Part shown: positions 25,856-32,903 of the stretch, one piece after another
Layout of the letters: every line of letters starts with the position of its first letter
Position numbering within the stretch: the first letter of the stretch is position 1
Source: a virus
Taxonomy: Duplodnaviria > Caudoviricetes
Strand: one strand, 5' to 3'
Virus record (IMG/VR): IMGVR_UViG_3300026105_000241
Coordinates: 1-32,903 of that record
DNA: 32,903 bases
The notes under the pieces: model-generated
The model's input: the letters and a program-made list of their open reading frames with translations, nothing else
Told to the model about the DNA's origin: nothing
Databases searched by the model: none
Made by a program: the position numbers and the translations under genes

Positions 25856-26889
25856 GCGCAAACTCCTAGCTTTCCGTTTTCAATTGTATTAATTGACCAG
25901 CTGTTTTCTATACTGCTAAGTAGCTTACCGGTTACAACATCTTCAATGTCATTCTCGATAACACTGATACCTTGTTTACCGCCGGCAGTATCAATATGAT
26001 CCCAAATTTGTTCTACCTTGGGATCTGTATGCCACCATTTATACATTCTTCCTGCCGTCCAACAACAAGGCATTAATAATCCCTCCGCTGTAATAAAGAT
26101 ACTACCTTGCTGTGCTACTTTACATTTTATAGAACAAGAATTAAAATAATCTTTCATGCTGCCGTGAGATTTTTCAATTTCTTCCTGTTTCTGTAAGGCA
26201 AGATTTATATTCTCTGACTCTTTTGGTTTTGCAATTTTTGTTGTAACTTTGCCTTTTTTATTTACAGCTTGATGTTCAGCTTTAGGTTTGATATTCGTAG
26301 TTATAAATCTTCCCGACTTTTTCTTTTGGAATCTTTCAAATCCGTATTCTGTTGCTAACTGCTCCGCTTGATCGACTTGATGTTCATTATGTTCAAATAC
26401 AAGAAAATCCCAGCGAGCTCTTCCCCCTGCTGCTATAAATGATTTTGCGGATCTTACTATGTTATTCCAATTTACTCCTTGTCTGTATAAATGATTTGTA
26501 TCTTCTAAACCGTCAACACTAAAAATAACAGCACCTTTTCTTCCAAACACATAGGCTAATTCGGTCCACCAATCTTCGTCGCGAGCTCCTGCGTTTGTAT
26601 TCATACTAAGCCACATACTTGAGTTATGTTCTCTAAAATACTTGAATATTTCTAATGTATCGCGAGCAATAACAGGATCTCCTAAATTACCACACATGTA
26701 CATTGTCGAAAGTTGCTTAATAAATTCTGGTTTAAATATCTTTTTACAGTCGTCGAGAGAAAGTTCTGCATTAGAAATATGCGGGTTATCTGCTCCTCCG
26801 TTCATATTACGGTCACACATTGGACATGCTGCTTGGCAGCGTTGAGTCACTTCTAGATGAACTTCTCTAATATCTTTGTAAGCATACAT
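25807..26889 (-). CDS. radical SAM protein with C-terminal SPASM-like domain (subfamily C)
   Basis: LEVTQRCQAACPMCDR, CGNLGDP, SVDG, IKCK...IFITAEGLLMPCCW...CAQKC. Confidence 0.9.
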   Translation of the reverse strand: MYAYKDIREVHLEVTQRCQAACPMCDRNMNGGADNPHISNAELSLDDCKKIFKPEFIKQLSTMYMCGNLGDPVIARDTLEIFKYFREHNSSMWLSMNTNAGARDEDWWTELAYVFGRKGAVIFSVDGLEDTNHLYRQGVNWNNIVRSAKSFIAAGGRARWDFLVFEHNEHQVDQAEQLATEYGFERFQKKKSGRFITTNIKPKAEHQAVNKKGKVTTKIAKPKESENINLALQKQEEIEKSHGSMKDYFNSCSIKCKVAQQGSIFITAEGLLMPCCWTAGRMYKWWHTDPKVEQIWDHIDTAGGKQGISVIENDIEDVVTGKLLSSIENSWSINTIENGKLGVCAQKCGSEFDPFAAQFQ

Positions 26890-27093
26890 AATTTATGTAG
26901 GAATCCTATGTAATTTTTCATTCTCTCTTGAGTAAAAAAGTTTCTATATTTAAGGTTTTTACTAGCCTGCAATTTTTTAAAATGATATTATTAGACCACA
27001 TTCTCGTTTACTATGGTAACTGTGCTAGCTTTGTTAATTTTTTTATAAATATAAAGGTCGATATAAAAAAATCTAACAAAAAAACTTTTTACC

Positions 27094-27324
27094 TTAATTT
27101 TTTTCATCAAACACTAATTTTAAATCTTTGCCAGGTCCTGTTCTACTAGGCAAACCGCCATATGTCTCAACATACCAATCTATAACGGCTTTATACCAAT
27201 TTTGACTATTATGATGTGCTTTTTTGTTAAATTGATGAATATTATTGTTAGTAGCTTGCATAGATGCAAGCGCTCTGGCACTTTCTTTTTGTAATTCTCT
27301 TAAAGAGAAGTCATCTAATTCCAA
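27094..27324 (-). CDS. small hypothetical protein (76 aa)
   Basis: Start overlaps the end of the upstream gene, with GAGG upstream; protein-like composition. Confidence 0.7.
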   Translation of the reverse strand: MELDDFSLRELQKESARALASMQATNNNIHQFNKKAHHNSQNWYKAVIDWYVETYGGLPSRTGPGKDLKLVFDEKN

Positions 27325-28354
27325 TTTTCATTAACCTCTTGTATTCCCCTAAATCTAATTCTCCTTCAAATAGTGTTTTTCGCATTGGTGTATTCTCACT
27401 AAAATCATCTATCGAATTAGAACAGTTAACATGCTCTTTTATACTGAAAAAATTATTTGTTTGAAGTATTAGTAATTTACCTTTTGGTATCATAGAATAC
27501 CATTTATCAAAATTGTTTATATGTTCGCAACTTGTGTTTATAATTGTAGTCGGTGACTCTAATATTTCTTCTACGCTGCCGTCAGATTTGACAGTATTGT
27601 ATTTGTGAGACTTATAATTAATATCAAATATGTCTTTTGTAGTTGCTTTAAACTTCCACTCATCAATTAACCATTTGTTATTAAAAGTTTCAGCAACACT
27701 AACACAAGTTTCATCGATATCAAAGCTTCTAATTTTATCGATATGAAAATTGTTTTCAAACAACATTGTGGCAAGACTAGCATACCACCCTGCACACAAA
27801 TACACTGTGCCCAAGGATCTTCCGGTGTTTTTTAATTCTTCTACAAGCCACAATTTACTTTTTAACTGTCCTCGACTAAAACAATCATTTGCTATTACTA
27901 TATCGTTTACTATAATTCGTTTAAATGCTGCTGTAAATTCCGTAGAACAGTGTCGTTCTAATACCGTAAATAATTTCCATATATTATCTTCGAGTATTAG
28001 TTTTCTAGAATCTTCATCGTAAATGAATCTAAAAATACTACGCAAATTCTCTTCTACAACAGCTTTACGTAAATCGTCATTATTAACTAGTCTAAACAAA
28101 CTATGTAAATTTTGTTCTAGCATGACTTTTCGAAGATCGTCTCCGTCGCCTTTTACAGTAGAGTCTCCGATAATTCTAAACAAACTATATAAATTTTTTT
28201 CAACTACTGCTTTACGCAGTTCTTCGTTGGCATTTGTAATTCTAAATACGCTGTTAAGATCTTTATCTACATATGCCCGTCTTAAATTAGTTATCTGATG
28301 ATTGTTAGGGAACAAGAGTTCGTATCTGTCCAGTAACTCATGTATTTCTAGCAT
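27311..28354 (-). CDS. class I SAM methyltransferase-like protein with N-terminal helical repeats
   Basis: GQLKSKLWL..L, VYLCAGWYA (variant motif I), IRSFDID, IINTSCEH, LILQTNN. Start placed at 28354 (MLEIHELL), which has an AGGAG RBS. Confidence 0.7.
   Translation of the reverse strand: MLEIHELLDRYELLFPNNHQITNLRRAYVDKDLNSVFRITNANEELRKAVVEKNLYSLFRIIGDSTVKGDGDDLRKVMLEQNLHSLFRLVNNDDLRKAVVEENLRSIFRFIYDEDSRKLILEDNIWKLFTVLERHCSTEFTAAFKRIIVNDIVIANDCFSRGQLKSKLWLVEELKNTGRSLGTVYLCAGWYASLATMLFENNFHIDKIRSFDIDETCVSVAETFNNKWLIDEWKFKATTKDIFDINYKSHKYNTVKSDGSVEEILESPTTIINTSCEHINNFDKWYSMIPKGKLLILQTNNFFSIKEHVNCSNSIDDFSENTPMRKTLFEGELDLGEYKRLMKIGIR
27962..28285 (-). repeat. five degenerate in-frame peptide repeats, consensus LRKAVxExNLxSxFRx
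   Basis: LRRAYVDKDLNSVFRI / LRKAVVEKNLYSLFRI / LRKVMLEQNLHSLFRL / LRKAVVEENLRSIFRF / SRKLILEDNIWKLFTV, spaced 21-28 aa apart. Confidence 0.8.
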
Positions 28355-29957
28355 CAAATTTCTCCTTAAGCCAATCAAAATTGTTTATTAATTTGAGTGC
28401 ATCAAAATTATCACGATTTTGTTCACCGTACACTCTTCCGCTGCGAGCACCGTCTGTTACGTATTCTCCATATGGTTCATCTTTGCCTTTATCACTACAC
28501 CATATGTTTAGTCGTAGTTCTGTCTCGATATCTTTTTGCCGATCTATTACTTTACTAGCTAGTTTTGCACATTCTCTAAATCCACTTTTCCACGCATTAA
28601 AAGGATCAGTATTGAACTCTGTGCTGTTTGCAACTTCTTTAACAGGTTTAAAGTGCGGGCTAATACTAGTGGTCATGTCTGGCTTTGATGTATCCATTTC
28701 GATAGTAGCAATTCTTGGAAACAGTTTTACGCCGCCGTACCCGTACTCTAGTCCTTTTACTCTGTTTTCAGACCTCCATACGTGAACAAAATCCTTTTCT
28801 TTTTCTGGAACATTGTAGTCAAAATTAAAATCTTCTTTTATACACGCATCGCCATCTACTATCCAAAACATATCTGAATCGCATTGTTTAGCTGCTTCTA
28901 TATGTGCCTGATGTATTCCTTTTACTCCGTGAACTCTTTTTGCTCGAGGAAATCGAGATATTAGGGCCTGCCAGTTTGCATCAGCATTTGGTTCGTTATA
29001 ACTAATAAACACTATATCGTAAGTTTCATTTCCTAAACTATTTTGTTCTGCAATATTTTTACTCGAAGCTCTGGTAGGATTAACATAAACTGTTTTGAAA
29101 AACTTGCTCTGATTTGCACTTAAAGGAATGCTATCGATAGGAATTTCTAGTTCGTTAATTAAGGCAGATCCTACAGATTCTATATGTTTATCTAAGTGGC
29201 CTTCCTTAGTTGCTTCTTGTTTCCATAAAGTATTAAGATATTCAAAATTTCGAACATTAACGTAATCCCAGTCTGTACATGCAGTCATGTACAAGCCCTG
29301 TCGTGCACCGTAGATTGCCCAGTTGCCGTTTTGTACATCAGCACCTGTCATTAGCCAAACATACAATCGATGTAGATTTTTCCAGTGTAGGTTTTTTAAA
29401 TCTTCCTTAGACACTTTGATACCTTCTTTAAGTGCCATCTTTACCCCTTCTCGAAATCCGGCGCGCCAGGCCTGTTGTGGAGTAGCATTATTGTGAATTT
29501 CGCTATAGCACCCAGGCATATGAAAGTAATTTACATCCCAACAAAAATCAACCTGTGCATGTAGATTATCTATAGCAGCATTTTCATGAGTTTTCATATT
29601 AAGTATTAAATTTTTCGGCCAGCTTTTAATACCTCCGTTACCATATATTAACCCATTGATAATATTTTTAGCAGTATAACTAATAACAGTTTTATTCATG
29701 TCAACCGAATCGCAGATAGTAAATTCTTGATTAACAAAATTTTCGTTAACGATGTTGTCACCGTCTACTATAACTAGTCTTTCGGTATCGCTTATCTCAG
29801 CACATGCTTTATGAGCAGCATCACTTCCGTATACTCCGTGTACACGCTTTGCCCAAGGAATTTTGGAACATAAATCCGCATAATTCCTTTCTGCATTAGG
29901 TTCATCGTACGACAAAAATATAATATCTAATTCTGCTATTCTTATTCTATTATTCAT
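28338..29957 (-). CDS. GT-A-fold (GT2-like) glycosyltransferase-like protein with an internally duplicated domain
   Basis: Two copies of DI.F.SY.EPNA..N......P.AKRVHGV.G...AH...A......IVDGD...L.YG.GG.K..P...AW..GFRE..K, each with a DxD motif. Confidence 0.7.
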   Translation of the reverse strand: MNNRIRIAELDIIFLSYDEPNAERNYADLCSKIPWAKRVHGVYGSDAAHKACAEISDTERLVIVDGDNIVNENFVNQEFTICDSVDMNKTVISYTAKNIINGLIYGNGGIKSWPKNLILNMKTHENAAIDNLHAQVDFCWDVNYFHMPGCYSEIHNNATPQQAWRAGFREGVKMALKEGIKVSKEDLKNLHWKNLHRLYVWLMTGADVQNGNWAIYGARQGLYMTACTDWDYVNVRNFEYLNTLWKQEATKEGHLDKHIESVGSALINELEIPIDSIPLSANQSKFFKTVYVNPTRASSKNIAEQNSLGNETYDIVFISYNEPNADANWQALISRFPRAKRVHGVKGIHQAHIEAAKQCDSDMFWIVDGDACIKEDFNFDYNVPEKEKDFVHVWRSENRVKGLEYGYGGVKLFPRIATIEMDTSKPDMTTSISPHFKPVKEVANSTEFNTDPFNAWKSGFRECAKLASKVIDRQKDIETELRLNIWCSDKGKDEPYGEYVTDGARSGRVYGEQNRDNFDALKLINNFDWLKEKFDARNT

Positions 29958-30525
29958 TCGTTACTCTTTTTAATTGATACGTATCAAAAATTTTAGAAGT
30001 AAAAACACTTACCTTGTTTTCGTAACTTTCGTAAATCGAATTAAAAGGACGCAGCAAGTAGGTTTTATTGCATAAATCCGATAGTTTTAATTCAAAAAAG
30101 TTATATAATACGTTAGGATCGTGCTTTTTAGTTATAGAAAACCATAGCATTTTATTATTAGAGGTGTAAACGCCTTCTAGATTATGAATCAAACTTTTTG
30201 ACATTGTTAATCTCCAATATCCTTTGTTAAGACATTGCTCTAAGCAGATATCTGGGTCAATTATTTCTTTTTGTGGTATTTCATAAATAAAATTTTTAAT
30301 ATTCATGCCGTCAAAAGCAAGCCATTTTTTATGTCCTAACACGAACTTTTTTTGAGACTTGTCGAAAGAAACAAAAAAATTCCTTCTAGATTCTGTTCCG
30401 TCTAATATTGCTGCTACTTTTGATATCGGAACTGCAATACAATTATCAAAGGTATTTTTAGGACTTATACCTAAAACAGATCCTGTTTTTTCTTCGAAAT
30501 TTACATACATTGAAGCTTCAGGCAT
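29950..30525 (-). CDS. hypothetical protein (191 aa)
   Basis: Overlaps both neighbours within the glycosyltransferase operon; no motif recognised. Confidence 0.7.
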   Translation of the reverse strand: MPEASMYVNFEEKTGSVLGISPKNTFDNCIAVPISKVAAILDGTESRRNFFVSFDKSQKKFVLGHKKWLAFDGMNIKNFIYEIPQKEIIDPDICLEQCLNKGYWRLTMSKSLIHNLEGVYTSNNKMLWFSITKKHDPNVLYNFFELKLSDLCNKTYLLRPFNSIYESYENKVSVFTSKIFDTYQLKRVTNE

Positions 30526-31340
30526 TTTTCAAACTTTCCTATTATATCATTTGTGCAAAAATCATTTTCTGTGTAATGAAATACTGAGTCTTGTCTGTGG
30601 TTTCCAATTTTTAGCTGTACATCTTCGGACAAATAAACACCAACTCTATCCTGCCATCTTGTGGTCGGATTAAGCCAATTCTGTATCATAGACTTCATAT
30701 GCACTATTTGTGGCAAGTCTTTCCGTTGTCTAGATATTTCTGTTTCACAATCTAATATTTTTGACACAATTGCTGTTGATACGTCCATAGAAGGCTGTTT
30801 AGGAAGATTTTTAGAACAGAACTTCTCGTAAAACAATTCCCAGTTGTTAGAAACTAGCTCTACCCAGCTATAAAATTCGTGAGCAAAGTCTCCTTTTTGA
30901 AAATAGTGCAAACAGTTATAAAAAGTAGGCAAATCGTTCGCTTTAAATACTTTTCTGTAATAATTCGAAGTAATTTTTTCTTTTCGATATGTAAAAACTT
31001 GGGTAGGAAAATACATACTGAAATTTTCAGCAAATTGCCAAAAATAATCTAGATTTTCTAGTACTAAAATGTCTGAATCTAGCACTATAGTTTGTTCATA
31101 AGGTGTAGCATGATATATTTTCCAGCGATTTTCTGCACAAAGGCCAGTTTTTGACTCTTTATACCATGGAATTTTTAGAATATTGTCAAAAATCTTTCTG
31201 TATTTTTGAGAAACTAAGTCGTTTGTAATCAAGCTAACTGGATACCTATTGTCTGATACTTTTAAACTTAGTGCAGCTAAGTATGCCTGCTTAACATAGT
31301 CTCTGCCTTCTGCATAAATTACAAATCCTTTAGAGCTCAT
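30501..31340 (-). CDS. GT-A-fold (GT8-like) glycosyltransferase
   Basis: KGFVIYA...YVKQA, VSLIT, TPYEQTIVLDSD (DxD), late IVHMK. Confidence 0.7.
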   Translation of the reverse strand: MSSKGFVIYAEGRDYVKQAYLAALSLKVSDNRYPVSLITNDLVSQKYRKIFDNILKIPWYKESKTGLCAENRWKIYHATPYEQTIVLDSDILVLENLDYFWQFAENFSMYFPTQVFTYRKEKITSNYYRKVFKANDLPTFYNCLHYFQKGDFAHEFYSWVELVSNNWELFYEKFCSKNLPKQPSMDVSTAIVSKILDCETEISRQRKDLPQIVHMKSMIQNWLNPTTRWQDRVGVYLSEDVQLKIGNHRQDSVFHYTENDFCTNDIIGKFEKCLKLQCM

Positions 31341-32220
31341 CTATGCACCTGTTTAGACTAAATTTATTCATAAAATGTAAATTAATCTTTTTTACCCGCA
31401 ACGGTGTAAAATCCCCGTCGTAAACAGATTTTTCAAGCAAAACTAACAACGAATCTTTGTGAATACTCCATAGAACACACTTATCTGAGCAGTAGTACAG
31501 TGTACCTGGTGGTTTCTTTGCAAAATCTCCAGACTGATAACCGTTCATTATGTGTATAGCAACAGAAAATGCATAATCATTGCGATAGTAAGGAGAATTT
31601 ATTTGAAAAATATTGTTATAGTGCTGCCAATTTTCCTGTATATGACGCACTAGACCAAAAAATATTTCGTTTTCTTGAGTTTTTCGAAAAAAAATCACCG
31701 TTGCCCAATAAAAATCTACCGAAGTATCTGAAATTCTCCGGAAATCGTCGCCTCGATCAATGTCAACAAGCTCGGTAGAATCCTTGTACAGCAGCAAATC
31801 ATGGTTTTGATCGAAACATTTTAACCATTCTGAATTAGAAATTACAACATCTGTGTCTAAAACAAGAGTTTCTTCGTAGGGAGATGCTTCGTAGGCAAGT
31901 ACTCTTGCTTCGTTTTTCCATTCTAACCGTTTATCTACTAGAGATCCATCGTAGAATTTTCTTATTTTTGGATTAGGCTCGTTAAAAAAGACAGAATTTT
32001 CATCTAAATCATCTTTGTTCCATGTTAGAGAAATTATTTGATCGAAGATTTCATTCCGGTTAGGATAAGATTTTTTTAAAAATTCAGACGAGTCTGTTAC
32101 AACCGAAGTAGGTAATCCAAGATAATGTTTTGCTCGTTGAGCTAAAAATATTGCCTGTTTGATGTAATCAATTTGAGAATTGTTACGAGCAAATACAAGT
32201 ATTCCTTTACTCTTGTTCAT
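31330..32220 (-). CDS. GT-A-fold (GT8-like) glycosyltransferase
   Basis: KGILVFA...YIKQA, SPYEETLVLDTD (DxD), RNDYAFS, LHFMNK; paralogous to 30501-31340. Confidence 0.7.
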   Translation of the reverse strand: MNKSKGILVFARNNSQIDYIKQAIFLAQRAKHYLGLPTSVVTDSSEFLKKSYPNRNEIFDQIISLTWNKDDLDENSVFFNEPNPKIRKFYDGSLVDKRLEWKNEARVLAYEASPYEETLVLDTDVVISNSEWLKCFDQNHDLLLYKDSTELVDIDRGDDFRRISDTSVDFYWATVIFFRKTQENEIFFGLVRHIQENWQHYNNIFQINSPYYRNDYAFSVAIHIMNGYQSGDFAKKPPGTLYYCSDKCVLWSIHKDSLLVLLEKSVYDGDFTPLRVKKINLHFMNKFSLNRCIDEL

Positions 32221-32566
32221 ATTCTACCAATTTCAAAGTTGATCTATTTCTTAGTAGTTTTTTATATTCTGTGTGATACTCATTTGCGGCAGAAAAATAA
32301 GTATCTAGTATTTCGTTTAGAAATACCGTGAGGTCATCTATCATAACAGGAATTTCGTTGTCATCAATAAGGACAATATTTTTTTGATTATTCTTGTCAA
32401 GTAATAGATTAACAAAAGTCATAAGCTCTTTAGTTACTGTGAACTGAGAACCTTTACAGTAATATACAACTGACTCTCGAAACTTTTCTCGGAGAATTCG
32501 CTTTTGGTTATTAAGAGTCACCATATAATTAGAAAATTCAAGAGCTTTTTCTAGCCGTTTGTCCAT
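32207..32566 (-). CDS. hypothetical phage protein (119 aa), first gene of the glycosyltransferase operon
   Basis: GGAGG RBS (32575-32571) and a consensus promoter upstream. Confidence 0.8.
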   Translation of the reverse strand: MDKRLEKALEFSNYMVTLNNQKRILREKFRESVVYYCKGSQFTVTKELMTFVNLLLDKNNQKNIVLIDDNEIPVMIDDLTVFLNEILDTYFSAANEYHTEYKKLLRNRSTLKLVEYEQE

Positions 32567-32589
32567 AGGTCCTCCAATTTTGTTACAAT

Positions 32590-32618
32590 ATTATATAACG
32601 ATTTATTGTGATTGTCAA
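32590..32618 (-). promoter_or_regulatory. perfect consensus sigma70 promoter TTGACA-N17-TATAAT
   Basis: Minus strand: TTGACA (32618-32613), ATCACAATAAATCGTTA (17 nt), TATAAT (32595-32590). Confidence 0.9.
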
Positions 32619-32620
32619 TG

Positions 32621-32902
32621 CTAGAAGGAGTCAGAGATCGAGACAGAAGGATTAGAAACAGTTACTTCTCCGTTAGCCCGGCGGGTAGATAACTCAAATT
32701 CAATATCAGCTTGAACAGATTCGGTAACACCTCCGGCGATAGAACCTTTCTGGCCTGCGTCTGAATCTGATTCAGGGCCATCATTTACTAGCGTGATCCT
32801 AAAAGAAATGTTCAAAGAAGATTCTTCTCTTGCTTCTATCTGCCAAAAACTGTCACTGTATAATCCTGCATTGGCATCTTTTCTAAATACTGTTTGGTAA
32901 GA
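32621..32902 (-). CDS. C-terminus of a probable virion structural protein (5'-truncated)
   Basis: The frame is open to the window edge (SYQTVFRKDANAGLYSDSFWQIEAREESSLNISFRI...); S/G/D/T-rich beta-type composition. The structural role is inferred from composition only. Confidence 0.55.
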   Translation of the reverse strand, partial: SYQTVFRKDANAGLYSDSFWQIEAREESSLNISFRITLVNDGPESDSDAGQKGSIAGGVTESVQADIEFELSTRRANGEVTVSNPSVSISDSF

Positions 32903-32903
32903 A

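Noticed and set aside
14462-26889. Classical RiPP biosynthetic gene cluster
   Set aside because: No Cys-rich or leader/core precursor, RRE/PqqD domain, peptidase or exporter was seen; the idea is kept only as a weak alternative.
26928-27149. 73-aa plus-strand ORF
   Set aside because: TTG start, F/K/I/N-biased composition typical of AT-rich noise, and antisense overlap with the 27094-27324 gene.
27750-28785. Chain of plus-strand ORFs (90, 91 and 134 aa) separated by single stops or short gaps
   Set aside because: Antisense mirror of the methyltransferase-like and glycosyltransferase genes; no independent coding signal.
1-32903. CRISPR arrays, tRNA/rRNA genes, transposases/integrases, diversity-generating retroelement
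   Set aside because: No regularly spaced repeats, cloverleaf-like intergenic sequence, recombinase or reverse-transcriptase motif was seen, and intergenic gaps are mostly under 100 bp. The Mtd_N-like domain alone does not indicate a DGR. Manual reading could miss short elements.

Overview
This window is a gene-dense segment of what looks like a large, T4-like or 'uncultured Caudovirales'-type dsDNA phage. The evidence is TAAATA/TATAAATA late-promoter motifs, a tail-fibre-like gene, short overlapping ORFs and no bacterial housekeeping genes. The left arm (1-2650) is GC-richer and holds a HExxH-metallopeptidase/vWA protein and small hypothetical genes. A tail-fibre/adhesin-like gene (2692-3882) follows. 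After it comes an AT-rich block of about 28 kb made almost entirely of tailoring enzymes: 10 radical SAM loci in 4 recognisable subfamilies (one split in two), 7 putative Fe(II)/2OG oxygenases, 2 tandem cupin-like paralogs, 2 QueC-like PP-loop proteins (one with a premature in-frame TAA), 2 SDRs, 2 methyltransferase-like proteins, a GNAT-like protein and 3 glycosyltransferase-like genes. The block ends next to the 3' end of another probable virion gene. I found no scaffold synthase, RiPP precursor or complete queuosine/deazaguanine pathway in the window, so the substrate is unknown. The leading hypothesis is a phage-encoded hypermodification system acting on virion proteins or glycans, or on DNA. 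All family calls come from motifs read by eye; no database searches were run.
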